This document shows positions 19,666 to 29,353 of a stretch of DNA of 64,000 nt, one piece after another. Position 1 is the stretch's first letter. Every line of letters begins with the position of its first letter. This DNA is from Candidatus Cloacimonadales bacterium. GTDB lineage: Bacteria > Cloacimonadota > Cloacimonadia > Cloacimonadales > JAFGVF01. Where the stretch lies: contig OY782781.1 in NCBI GenBank assembly GCA_963678315.1, forward strand, positions 1,376,001-1,440,000. Direction: 5' to 3'. Made by a program: the position numbers and the translations under genes. The notes beneath the pieces are model-generated. The model searched no databases. It was not told the DNA's origin and was given only the letters and a program-made list of their open reading frames with translations.

Positions 19666-19885
19666 TTTTATTTCTTAGCCGGCATAAATTTATCCATTAC
19701 TAACTATTTTTTTGCATCCACTGCTATTGGTATGCCTGGCAGTTGCTTAATTAAAGGCAATCGTTCTCAATAAAAAAAGCAGAGCCTTGTTAGTATAAAG
19801 GCAGACTATAGCAATCCTTGCAAATTATTTCACATTGTTAAATATCTCATCTTCATTATATTATAGTTAATAATCAATAATTAGG

Positions 19886-22800
19886 TTGGTGAGTATTATG
19901 GCAAAGAAGTCTTTTCTTATTGTTTTAATTGTTTCAATGTTTGCTTCTCTTATGGCAAGTTCAATTCAAATCAATCTTGATAAAAATACACTTGGGTTAG
20001 AGATTCGTCCTCTTGAGAAAGCTACTTTGCCCAATATTAATGTAATCAAGTTAAAGCTTGTCATTCCACCACAAACAATTGTCGGTGATTTGAAGATTAT
20101 CAATCAAGAAGTTATCAAGCAAAGCAAGTTTATTCCAATTTATGAAGGAGAAAAAACCTTTACTGAATCCTCAGGCAATAGTTTAGATTATATAGCAAGT
20201 AAGCAAGCTAGAATAGGGGAGTGGCAAGCAAGCTATCATTATAAAAATGGGATTAAATTAGCAATAGTAACCATTAATCATCAGTCATATAAGCAAAGTG
20301 AAAAGCTTTTAACAAGTATTGAAAGTGGGCTTATTGAAATTCAACTTACTGCAAGTAATGAAGCATATAAAGATAATTATCTGATTTCTCCCAACATAGA
20401 AGGTGTAGTTGGGAAAGACTTGATAATCTTCCCTGAAAGTGAAGATATTTATCGAGACTTATACAATAGCCGTCCTTCATTTGCAAGAAACTCTTTGAAT
20501 GAAAACAATGCCAAGATGTTAATTTTTTCTCCAACTGAACTTGTATCAACTTGGTCTAGTTATAAAACTTTTAAAGAATCTCAAGGTCTTTCTACGACTG
20601 TTATTGATTTAGATGATGTTTATGCAATTTATTCAGGTAGGGATAATGCTGAAAAGTTAAGGAACTGTATTATCGATTTCTATGATGATATCGTAGCAGA
20701 AGAAAACAGGTTAGAATATGTTTTAATCGGTGGCGATTATGGATCTGCTCCTACCCGCATTTTAAGGATTAATGCTTATTATAACAGTTCTTTACATTCT
20801 GATAATATTTACTCTGACCAATATTTTGCAGGCTTAGATGGTGACTGGGATAATGATGGAGATAACATCTTTGGAGAAGGGGATATTAGTCTAGATAGTG
20901 ATGCTACTGGCTCCTTAGGAGATGAAGCAGATTTACTTTCAGAAGTAGCAGTTGGAAGAATTCCTGTTGAAACAGAGCAAGAGTTGTTGAATTGGATAGC
21001 TAAGCAAGAAGATTATAGCTTATTGAATGTGGAAGATAATTTCTATGAAAAAGCTTTGATGATAGGAGAACATTTAGGAGGGTCTACTTATGGAGGACTA
21101 GCTATGGATGAAGTTGCAGGTATAATGGATAATTATGCTATCGAAACTCTTTATCAATTAGAGGGTGATTATACAAGTGCCAATGTAATAAATAACTTTA
21201 ATTCAGGATATTCTATTATCAATCATTTAGGGCATGGAGGTTATTCCCATATATTTAACATAACTTTAGAAATCATAGATAATGATTTAACTAACACTGA
21301 TTATCCTCTCATCTATTCACAGGGCTGTCACTCTGCCAAGATTAACTACAATGATTCTATTGCTGAACTGCTTATAATTGATGAGCATGGAGCTTTTGCT
21401 TATATTGGAAATACTTCTTACGGATTTTATTCTTCTTTTCAAAATCAAGGAACTTCTCAGCTTTTCCATAGAGAATTCTATGATGGACTAGCTAACGAAA
21501 ACATAGATATAATAGGACGAACATTTAATGATAGTAAAGAAGATTTAATTAGCATAGTTGAGCAAACAGGAACAAAGAGGTTTATTTATTATGATAACAT
21601 TCTGCTTGCTGACCCTTCTGTTGAAATAATTCAACAGGCTCAAAGTGTTGAAATTGAACAGATTGCTCTAAATCAGATTTCTTTAGATTATTCTAGTCTG
21701 CCTGATTCTTCTGCTGAAAATGTCGATAACTTCTTAATATATGAGCGTGACGATAATTCAATGATATATCCAGTTGAGACTATTAGTCTTGAGGGCTCTA
21801 ATGCAATCATCACAACTTCAGTTCAATTACCTAATGGTATCCCTTTAGAAATGAGTATTACTAATGTAAGCAACATATTAAATCCGACTATTAAGAAGAT
21901 TAATCCTCTCTACACAATTAAAGAACTTAGCATTACCAAACCAACAATATGGAGCCAAGAGGAAAGTCCTATTTACTTATATAATAATCTAGTTGTTTTT
22001 AGTGAATTAGTGGTAGAAGCTGGAGTTGAGGTTAGAATTAACAAAGATAAGAGTATTTATGCTATCTATGGTGGCTATGTAGATTTCCAAGGAGCTAGTG
22101 ATTCACGAATTGTCTTTACTAGCTATTCAAATGACACTTCTGAAGATGATACTTGGACTGAGATATATTTAGATTTACAAGGCGATAATGATAGTTATAT
22201 TGCTTATACTGATATCAAGAATTGTAATGATGCCTTATGGATTGATTCCTTATCGACAGTTACTATTTCTGATCTTAGAATAACTAATGCTAAGAATCGA
22301 GGATTATATTCCTATTATGGCGATATTACGGCTGATTACTTACTTGTCAACCAATGTGGAGGACAAGGCAGTGGTGGTGTAATTCTCAATGGTGGAGATT
22401 ATAGCTTTAATCATGCTTCAATTGCTTATAACGAAAATGTAGATTTTTCAGCTGAAAATGTTGCAAACCTGTCTATCTCAAATAGCATAATTTATGACAC
22501 ATATAATATTGATGCCAATTCTTCTTCCATCAGCTATTCGCTGTTCCCGGATTTACTTTCAGGTCCAGGAAACATATCTGGAAATCCTTTGCTAGCTTCT
22601 GAAAGTGATCTAAGTCCAAGCTTAGATTCCCCTGTGATAAATGCTGGTGATTATCTTGCAGACAATGATCCTGATGATACAATAAGAGATATAGGTTATC
22701 ATTATTACCATTATCCAAACAACTTCACCCTAGAAATTAATGAAAGTTCTAGACCAAAGACTCTTCAGTTAAGCAACAGCTCAATCGGTAACTATGATTC

Positions 22801-23197
22801 TGTTGAATGGGATTTAGATAACGATGGAGTCTGGGAATCTTCTGGAGATTCTGTCGAATTTGCAATTGGTTCAGAAGGAACTTTCTCTTATAAAATGCGA
22901 CTGAACAAAGATAGTTGGACTCAATCAATTGAAAAGGAAGATATTGTTTCAAGTTCTTTTAACAGGATATATTCTGATATAGAAACAACAATTACTATTG
23001 ATAATGAGAATCTCTATCTTGATTGGCAAGAGAATACAGATAGGGATTATTTTCTTATCTATAAAGGAATTGATACTCATGACTTTGAACTACTTTCTAT
23101 TGAGCAAGGTCTCAGTTTTCAAGAAGACCTTCCTCTAGATAATAAGGTCTTTTATCATGTGATAGCTGTTGAGCAAGACCTGCAAGTTAATGAGTAG
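19886..23197 (+). CDS. Secreted gingipain-like C25 cysteine peptidase with beta-helix and PKD-like C-terminal domains
   Basis: Signal peptide; YVLIGGD, SDQYFAGLDGDW, VGRIP, NHLGHG (His) and SQGC (Cys); SPVINAG..DIG; WDLDNDG. Confidence 0.88.
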   Translation: MVSIMAKKSFLIVLIVSMFASLMASSIQINLDKNTLGLEIRPLEKATLPNINVIKLKLVIPPQTIVGDLKIINQEVIKQSKFIPIYEGEKTFTESSGNSLDYIASKQARIGEWQASYHYKNGIKLAIVTINHQSYKQSEKLLTSIESGLIEIQLTASNEAYKDNYLISPNIEGVVGKDLIIFPESEDIYRDLYNSRPSFARNSLNENNAKMLIFSPTELVSTWSSYKTFKESQGLSTTVIDLDDVYAIYSGRDNAEKLRNCIIDFYDDIVAEENRLEYVLIGGDYGSAPTRILRINAYYNSSLHSDNIYSDQYFAGLDGDWDNDGDNIFGEGDISLDSDATGSLGDEADLLSEVAVGRIPVETEQELLNWIAKQEDYSLLNVEDNFYEKALMIGEHLGGSTYGGLAMDEVAGIMDNYAIETLYQLEGDYTSANVINNFNSGYSIINHLGHGGYSHIFNITLEIIDNDLTNTDYPLIYSQGCHSAKINYNDSIAELLIIDEHGAFAYIGNTSYGFYSSFQNQGTSQLFHREFYDGLANENIDIIGRTFNDSKEDLISIVEQTGTKRFIYYDNILLADPSVEIIQQAQSVEIEQIALNQISLDYSSLPDSSAENVDNFLIYERDDNSMIYPVETISLEGSNAIITTSVQLPNGIPLEMSITNVSNILNPTIKKINPLYTIKELSITKPTIWSQEESPIYLYNNLVVFSELVVEAGVEVRINKDKSIYAIYGGYVDFQGASDSRIVFTSYSNDTSEDDTWTEIYLDLQGDNDSYIAYTDIKNCNDALWIDSLSTVTISDLRITNAKNRGLYSYYGDITADYLLVNQCGGQGSGGVILNGGDYSFNHASIAYNENVDFSAENVANLSISNSIIYDTYNIDANSSSISYSLFPDLLSGPGNISGNPLLASESDLSPSLDSPVINAGDYLADNDPDDTIRDIGYHYYHYPNNFTLEINESSRPKTLQLSNSSIGNYDSVEWDLDNDGVWESSGDSVEFAIGSEGTFSYKMRLNKDSWTQSIEKEDIVSSSFNRIYSDIETTITIDNENLYLDWQENTDRDYFLIYKGIDTHDFELLSIEQGLSFQEDLPLDNKVFYHVIAVEQDLQVNE

Positions 23198-23210
23198 TGA
23201 AGGTTTATTG

Positions 23211-23701
23211 GGTACGTAAGCAACAGTCTTCGCCTGTCACAGTCCCTGCTTGCGAAGTGTTTTTTGTGTAAGCAGGGATGCTTACACTCCATTTTCGGAT
23301 TGTAAGCTTCCAGCTTGCGAAAGGTTGCTTTTTGGATTGTAAGCTTCCAGCTTACGAAAGGTTGCTTTTTGGATTGTAAGCTTCCAGCTTGCGAAATGTT
23401 TTTTGTGTAAGCAGGGATGCTTACACTCCATATTCGGATTGTAAGCTTCCAGCTTACGAAAGGTTGCTTTTTGGATTGTAAGCTTCCAGCTTACGAAAGG
23501 TTGCTTTTCGGATTGTAAGCTTCCAGCTTGCGAAGTGTTTTTTGTGTAAGCAGGGATGCTTACACTCCATATTCGGATTGTAAGCTTCCAGCTTACGAAA
23601 GGTTGCTTTTTGGATTGTAAGCTTCCAGCTTACGAAGTGTTTTTTGTGTAAGCAGGGATGCTTACACTCCATATTCGGATTGTAAGCTTCCAGCTTACGA
23701 A
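23211..23701. repeat. BIME-like mosaic of REP palindromes, order B-AAA-B-AAA-B-AA-B-A
   Basis: Nine A units GGATTGTAAGCTTCCAGCTTRCGAA (37-bp period) and four inverted B units GTGTAAGCAGGGATGCTTACACTCC (139-bp super-period), with near-invariant linkers. Confidence 0.9.
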
Positions 23702-23717
23702 AATTCTTTACTTCTAT

Positions 23718-25004
23718 CTAAAATCTTGTATTGTCAACGAAAGTAAAGTTATCAATCAGCATTGTAGGGATAGCAGACCAAGTTGAAATTGCGTCTTCTT
23801 TTCCTAGAGCTAAGATTCTTCTTGTTGTTTCGTGAGGAATTTCATTCCAACGGAAGTTATTAACTGATTTCTGGATTTTACCATCTTTAAAGTAAAGGAC
23901 TCCATCTCTAGTGAGACCGGTTAATTCACCACTCTTACCATCGATGACTCTGATATACCAGAAACGATTTATGATTAGACCTTCATCAACCATTTGCATC
24001 ATTTGATCTTCTGTTTTATCTCCACCAGCAATAATCACATTGAAAGGCCTATTGACTACAGGTAGATTTTTATCTTGAGCATAGAATCTTGAAGTAGTAA
24101 GATTCATAAGCTTTCCATCTTTCACCCAATCTGTATTAGAATTTATCATACCTTCTTCTGTAAAAGTTTGTCTAAGTATTCTATCATCTTCAAGTGAAGA
24201 ATACATATTGAAGTTTTTACCAAAGAATTCTTTACCCATTTGTCCAGCAAAAGGAGTCATACCTAAATCAGCACCTCTTCTTTCCATAAACCAGCTCATG
24301 AAAGAATAAAGATCAAGCACAGCTTGAGGTCTAAGGATTACAGCTATTTTTTGTGGTTCCATACTTTCTGGATTATCTAATGAGTCAAACTGACTATTCA
24401 ACTGAGCAATTAGAGCTTCTAAATCATATTGATCTTTTCTTATTACAGAACGAGAAACTCTAGTCTCTTTTCTATCACGTTTCATAGTCATTGAGTGTTC
24501 AAAGAAAGATATTTTTTCTTGTCCGTAGAAGCCATTCTTTGTAGTAATGATTGTGCTAACTGTTTCTCTAGTAAGCATACCAGAAACTACAGCGTTGTGT
24601 TTCATAGCATTTTCAATACAAGTTTTAACAATTTCAGCAGTTTCTTCAATATCTATCTTAGCAACTTCTTCATCATAATTATCATAGCTTGGGACAACCT
24701 TTTTACCTTCAGTAGCAAGAAGTTCAGGGTCATCAACACTATTCATGGCGATAGTCTTTGCCAGAGCAATTCTTTCATCTATATAATCTGAATCTAGTTG
24801 TTCAATAGACACCGATCCCTTTTTCTTACCATAGATTAGGGATAGATTAATCTTATATTTTGAACCAGACATATTTTGAGTGATTCTATTTTGGGCAAAG
24901 CGAGTATCAAGAACATTTTCCACATTTGCAGCGATAGCAAAATCATCTGCATCATTATTCTTTTTGATATATTCAATAGCTTCTTTAATTTGTTCTAGTA
25001 TCAT
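23718..25004 (-). CDS. TldE/PmbA-family non-catalytic subunit
   Basis: TRFAQNRITQN, RFWYIR..LTGLTRDG; overlaps the tldD stop. Confidence 0.87.
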   Translation of the reverse strand: MILEQIKEAIEYIKKNNDADDFAIAANVENVLDTRFAQNRITQNMSGSKYKINLSLIYGKKKGSVSIEQLDSDYIDERIALAKTIAMNSVDDPELLATEGKKVVPSYDNYDEEVAKIDIEETAEIVKTCIENAMKHNAVVSGMLTRETVSTIITTKNGFYGQEKISFFEHSMTMKRDRKETRVSRSVIRKDQYDLEALIAQLNSQFDSLDNPESMEPQKIAVILRPQAVLDLYSFMSWFMERRGADLGMTPFAGQMGKEFFGKNFNMYSSLEDDRILRQTFTEEGMINSNTDWVKDGKLMNLTTSRFYAQDKNLPVVNRPFNVIIAGGDKTEDQMMQMVDEGLIINRFWYIRVIDGKSGELTGLTRDGVLYFKDGKIQKSVNNFRWNEIPHETTRRILALGKEDAISTWSAIPTMLIDNFTFVDNTRF

Positions 25005-26443
25005 TTTGAACCTCCTACAGTGATATTTCTAAAGAGGGTTGGTGAGGCACCGTGAGTCATTCTTCCTGTTTGAGAAGGTTGTCCTTTACCACAATTATTC
25101 ACACCCCATGCTTTCCAGAAACGTTTATCTGCTATTGCTTCCACACTGTTCCAGAATTCTGGATTGTTTGATCTATAGAGAATTTTCTTGAGTGGTCTAA
25201 CTTTCTTACCATTCTTGATTTCCCAGAACATGTCTCCACCGAATTGGAAGTTAATTCTATGTTGGTCTATTGAGAATGAACCTTGTCCTTCAATCATAAC
25301 ACCCTCATCAACTCTTGAAACTAAGTCATTAGGAGAACAAGTCTCTTTTCCTGGTTCAAGATAAAGGTTTGGAATTCTGTTAATAGGCATATTGTAGTAG
25401 AAAGTAGCTCTATTACAGCCTCTACTTAGAGGAGCATCAATGAATGAAGCAGTGTCTCTGGTTGTTCCATACTCGTTAAGAATACCATCTTTTACAATTT
25501 GCCATTCTTGATTTGGTACACCATCATCATCATAACCTGCAGTAGCCATTCCACCAGCAAGCTTATTGTTAGCAGTAAAGTTAACAATCTCAGAACCATA
25601 TCTATACTTCTTTAGCTTTTCTGGGGTAGCGAAAGAGATACCTGCAAAGTCAGCTTCCCAACCTAGAACTCTATCTAATTCAGTTGGATGACCTACTGAT
25701 TCATGCATAGTCAAGGCTAAATGAGCAGGGTCAAGGATAAGATCTCTGCGTTTGTCTTCTTTCAAAGTTTCCGCATTCAATTTCATGATAGCTTCTCTTG
25801 CTACTCTATCAGCATTCTCAAGAAGTTTTAAATCAAGAACATGCTCCCAACCAGCTGCTGTTGCACCAGGATTGAATGAACGAGATTGACTATCCTCAGC
25901 ATTAACTGCCACAGCTGTGTAAGTTGGATAAACATAAGTAGTATTTAAATGAAGGTTTGAACCATCTGTATTAATAATTATCTTATCATCATTTTGTGAG
26001 ATTATCATTGCTCTAGCTTGCTTAATATCTGCATAAGATAGAAGTGTTTTGTTGATTTCCATCAACATATCAATCTTTTCTTTTGGATTAACTGCAAATG
26101 GATCAATCTCTACTGGTGTATTATATGTATCAATATAACCCCTCTCTGGAGTTAGTCTTAATTGTGAATTTTTATTTATTTCAGCAGAAGCTTTAGCTAT
26201 ATTAAAAGCCCTTTTAACTGTCTCAATAACAGCATCTTTGGTAAATAATTTATTGTGGGCAAATCCCCAAGCACCATTCTTAAAGACTCTGATTCCATAT
26301 CCATAAATGTCATCATCGCCAAACTCTTTCAAACTCAAATCTCTTACAAATATGAATTCTCTCTTGGTTCTGTGAATACGAATGTCAGCAAAGTCTGCTC
26401 CTAACGATTGAGCATAGTCTATTGCTATCTTTCCTAGTTCCAT
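25001..26443 (-). CDS. tldD: TldD metalloprotease
   Basis: HESVGH (HExxxH), YDDDGV, CGKGQP. Confidence 0.92.
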   Translation of the reverse strand: MELGKIAIDYAQSLGADFADIRIHRTKREFIFVRDLSLKEFGDDDIYGYGIRVFKNGAWGFAHNKLFTKDAVIETVKRAFNIAKASAEINKNSQLRLTPERGYIDTYNTPVEIDPFAVNPKEKIDMLMEINKTLLSYADIKQARAMIISQNDDKIIINTDGSNLHLNTTYVYPTYTAVAVNAEDSQSRSFNPGATAAGWEHVLDLKLLENADRVAREAIMKLNAETLKEDKRRDLILDPAHLALTMHESVGHPTELDRVLGWEADFAGISFATPEKLKKYRYGSEIVNFTANNKLAGGMATAGYDDDGVPNQEWQIVKDGILNEYGTTRDTASFIDAPLSRGCNRATFYYNMPINRIPNLYLEPGKETCSPNDLVSRVDEGVMIEGQGSFSIDQHRINFQFGGDMFWEIKNGKKVRPLKKILYRSNNPEFWNSVEAIADKRFWKAWGVNNCGKGQPSQTGRMTHGASPTLFRNITVGGSK

Positions 26444-26549
26444 ATTTCCTCCACTTTATTTCTTTACTCAAAACCTAAGTATTTATTATATGATGTCAAG
26501 TATTAAATTATAATACTCTTGGTATAGTGTGACTTTCTTCTTGCAAGCA

Positions 26550-26893
26550 TGCTGCTACAGAGACCTTCTGCCGAAAGTCTCTACATCCTTACTTGCCACC
26601 TTGAAAAAAAGCCGATTTTTCAAGGAGACCCAAAGGGATGAGTTAGAAGTGAGAAGTTAGAAGTTAGTGACATACTGGGATCGCCAGCCTCTGCGCTGGC
26701 TTCACTTAGAACGTAGTGATAAGTGAATTTGTAGAGACCTACGGATGTTTGTTTAAATTAAAAAAGATGGAAGATAATTGAGCTCCATTTTATCACCCAT
26801 GGTTAAAACCATGGGCTCTTTATTGATTTACCCTTACAGGGTATAAATACCTTTATGTCCCTTGGAGACATATCGCTTCAAAGCCCATGATTT
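26550..26893. repeat. Intergenic mosaic of several REP-like palindrome families
   Basis: GTAGAGAC-type hairpin (~26556-26585, minus), CCTTGAAAAA/TTTTTCAAGG, AGTTAGA heptamers, CTGGGATCGCCAGC/GCTGGC, CCCATGGTT/AACCATGGG. Confidence 0.7.
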
Positions 26894-26900
26894 AAATTTA

Positions 26901-29351
26901 TTAGTATCTCCATTTAGAGACTTTCTCTAAAACTCGGAAGTTCAAAATATCTTGAAAATCAGAAGCAATTTCTATTGGGTATTTCTTGAACATTTCAAGA
27001 GCCTTTTTATCAAGATTTATATGAAAAGTATTAGAGTCTTTATCAAATGTAAATAGATTGTTTTTGTTTTGAGAAAGAAACTTGATTGGATTTTTTATAG
27101 CTAATTTAGAAAAATCACTATCTTCCCATAACATAAAGTCTTTATTTGACTTATCAACTAATTCTTTGGCATATTCTTTATTAGAATAAAACTTCCTGAA
27201 TGATTTTGCAATATTACTAGTTGTAGTTTCAGGGTAAATTTTGTTAGCTTGAATAAAAGCATTTAAGGTCGGTATCTTGTATAATTTGGTTAGTGTTGTA
27301 TTGACTGCTTCTAATAGAAGAACTTTGACATTTGTATTTAGATAATTGTGTTGTGCTTCATTTAACATTCCGACTTTATCAAGAAAGTCAAACCATGAGC
27401 CAAAAACAGAGATGTAGCTTCTAATCGGAATCTCCGAACAAGAACTAAATTCTAGAATAGATGTTGGATTAGTCATCTCATCTTTTAAAGACATATAATG
27501 TTCAATTAACTTTTCTTCAAGAGGTAGATTCTGTTTTTTAACATGAGAGAAATAATCAATTAATTCTAAATCAAAATTTGTAATACAATTATCCGGTAAA
27601 TCAATCTTTCTATCAGTAGGTAATATGAAGTCGTTTTTATTAATTTCTTGAGGAGTTAGTCCACTCAGATAAGACAATTTATAATGACTATTTTTATAAT
27701 TTCCAACGAAGTCAATGACAGTAAGATAATCTTTATTTTCTGATATTCTTAAACCTCTACCTAACTGTTGCATGAATACAGCATAAGATTCTGTTGGTCT
27801 CAGGAAGAGAATAGTGTCTATTTGAGGAATGTCTATACCTTCATTAAACAAATCTACAACAAAAAGAATTTTAATTCTTCCATTTTTAAAATCATTAATA
27901 ATTTTACTTCTGTTTGGGCTTCCACTATGAAGAGCTTTTGCTTTAATCTTGTTTTTCAGAAAAGCATTTTCCATGAAATTTGCATGAGTAATTGAAGCAC
28001 AAAAACCAATACAGTAATCTTTTGCAAGTCTTCTATAATTCTTGATTATTGAGTTAGCTCTTTTCTCGACTGATAAGGATACTGTTAATTCTGAAATATC
28101 ATATTTGCCCGAACGCCAAGGTATGTTGTCATATTCTATCTCATCATGAATTCCATAATAAGTAAATGGTACTAACCATCCATTATTGATAGCTGTTTTA
28201 AAATTGCAATTAAAGATAACATTATAGTCGCAAAGTTTATATACGTCTTTGTTGTCCAGTCTATCAGGGGTTGCGGTTAATCCTAATAAAAACTTTGGGT
28301 TAAAGTAATCAAGAATATTTAGATAGTTTTTAGCTGTAGAGTGATGAAATTCATCAACAACGATATAATCAAAATGTTCTGGAGTAAAATAGTTATTTAA
28401 GTGTTCTCTTTTGCCTAATGAAGCAATTGAAGCAAACAAAATATCAACATTTACATCTTTATTAACCCCATCGAATGATCCTGTTGAAAGTTTAGGTCTT
28501 ACTTTTTTAAAGGTAGTCTCAGCTTGTTCTAGAATCTCCTTGCGATGTGCAACAAACAAGATTCTTTTGAATTCTTGTGAATCAAAGGCTGATAAAAATG
28601 TTTTGCCTAGACCGGTAGCCATGATGACCATACCCTTAGTAACTCCAATCTCTCTAGCTTGTTTCAATTCATACAGGGCTGGTAATTGGCATTTTATCGG
28701 TTCGAAAACATCTTTCTGAGAATAAGTGTTTTCTTCATCAGCCACAGCAATAGTTCCAAAGTCTTCAATAGTTGAAGGGTAATCTTTTTCTACTTTACTT
28801 AACGGATTTGGGGTTACAGTGTAATTGTCTTGTGGCTTCTTATAGTTGTTGAAATAATCTCTTAACCATTCATCATTTAATTCAAAACTGTAGTAATCGT
28901 GTAGTTTGTTGAAGTGCTCTAGGAAATCTTGTATAACATCGTTATTGTTATCAATTAGGCAATTCCATTCAACTCCATCTTCGAATGCTGATTTAGATAT
29001 ATTAGAAGAACCTATAATAAATTTAGTCTCATTAGTGTTTTTAAAATAGTAGCCTTTGGGGTGGAATGAAGATTTAAGCTTGGTTAAATCTATTATTCTA
29101 ATGCTGAAATTCTGTCCTTGTAAGGATTTTAGCATGAAGAGAGCATTTGGTTCTGTAATATTTAAATAGTTACTTGTAAGTATTGTTATTCTTGCACCAC
29201 GTTTGAGAGCTTTTTCTAATCCCCTAAAGATTAGTTTCAAACCAGAAGTTTTAATAAACGAAACACAAAATATAATCTCACTAGCTGTTAATATATTGAT
29301 ATTTAAAATGGGTAATAAAGTTTTATCTTCTTGGTTCGTTATTGCTCTCAT
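26901..29351 (-). CDS. PLD nuclease-SF2 helicase fusion (SauUSI-like type IV restriction enzyme candidate)
   Basis: HPK..GSSN PLD motif, MATGLGKT, DEFHH, LTATP, QQLGRGLR. Confidence 0.88.
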   Translation of the reverse strand: MRAITNQEDKTLLPILNINILTASEIIFCVSFIKTSGLKLIFRGLEKALKRGARITILTSNYLNITEPNALFMLKSLQGQNFSIRIIDLTKLKSSFHPKGYYFKNTNETKFIIGSSNISKSAFEDGVEWNCLIDNNNDVIQDFLEHFNKLHDYYSFELNDEWLRDYFNNYKKPQDNYTVTPNPLSKVEKDYPSTIEDFGTIAVADEENTYSQKDVFEPIKCQLPALYELKQAREIGVTKGMVIMATGLGKTFLSAFDSQEFKRILFVAHRKEILEQAETTFKKVRPKLSTGSFDGVNKDVNVDILFASIASLGKREHLNNYFTPEHFDYIVVDEFHHSTAKNYLNILDYFNPKFLLGLTATPDRLDNKDVYKLCDYNVIFNCNFKTAINNGWLVPFTYYGIHDEIEYDNIPWRSGKYDISELTVSLSVEKRANSIIKNYRRLAKDYCIGFCASITHANFMENAFLKNKIKAKALHSGSPNRSKIINDFKNGRIKILFVVDLFNEGIDIPQIDTILFLRPTESYAVFMQQLGRGLRISENKDYLTVIDFVGNYKNSHYKLSYLSGLTPQEINKNDFILPTDRKIDLPDNCITNFDLELIDYFSHVKKQNLPLEEKLIEHYMSLKDEMTNPTSILEFSSCSEIPIRSYISVFGSWFDFLDKVGMLNEAQHNYLNTNVKVLLLEAVNTTLTKLYKIPTLNAFIQANKIYPETTTSNIAKSFRKFYSNKEYAKELVDKSNKDFMLWEDSDFSKLAIKNPIKFLSQNKNNLFTFDKDSNTFHINLDKKALEMFKKYPIEIASDFQDILNFRVLEKVSKWRY

Positions 29352-29353
29352 TC

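Noticed and set aside
19678..19760. c-di-GMP riboswitch
   Set aside because: Lacks the GGCAAAC..GAAA..GACGCAAA consensus on either strand.
23454..23672. 72-aa repetitive ORF as a RiPP precursor for the adjacent TldD/E
   Set aside because: It is a translation of the palindromic DNA repeat, has no RBS, and no modifying enzymes are nearby.
23257..23701. CRISPR array
   Set aside because: Linkers are short and near-identical rather than unique spacers, units occur in both orientations, and no cas genes are in the window.
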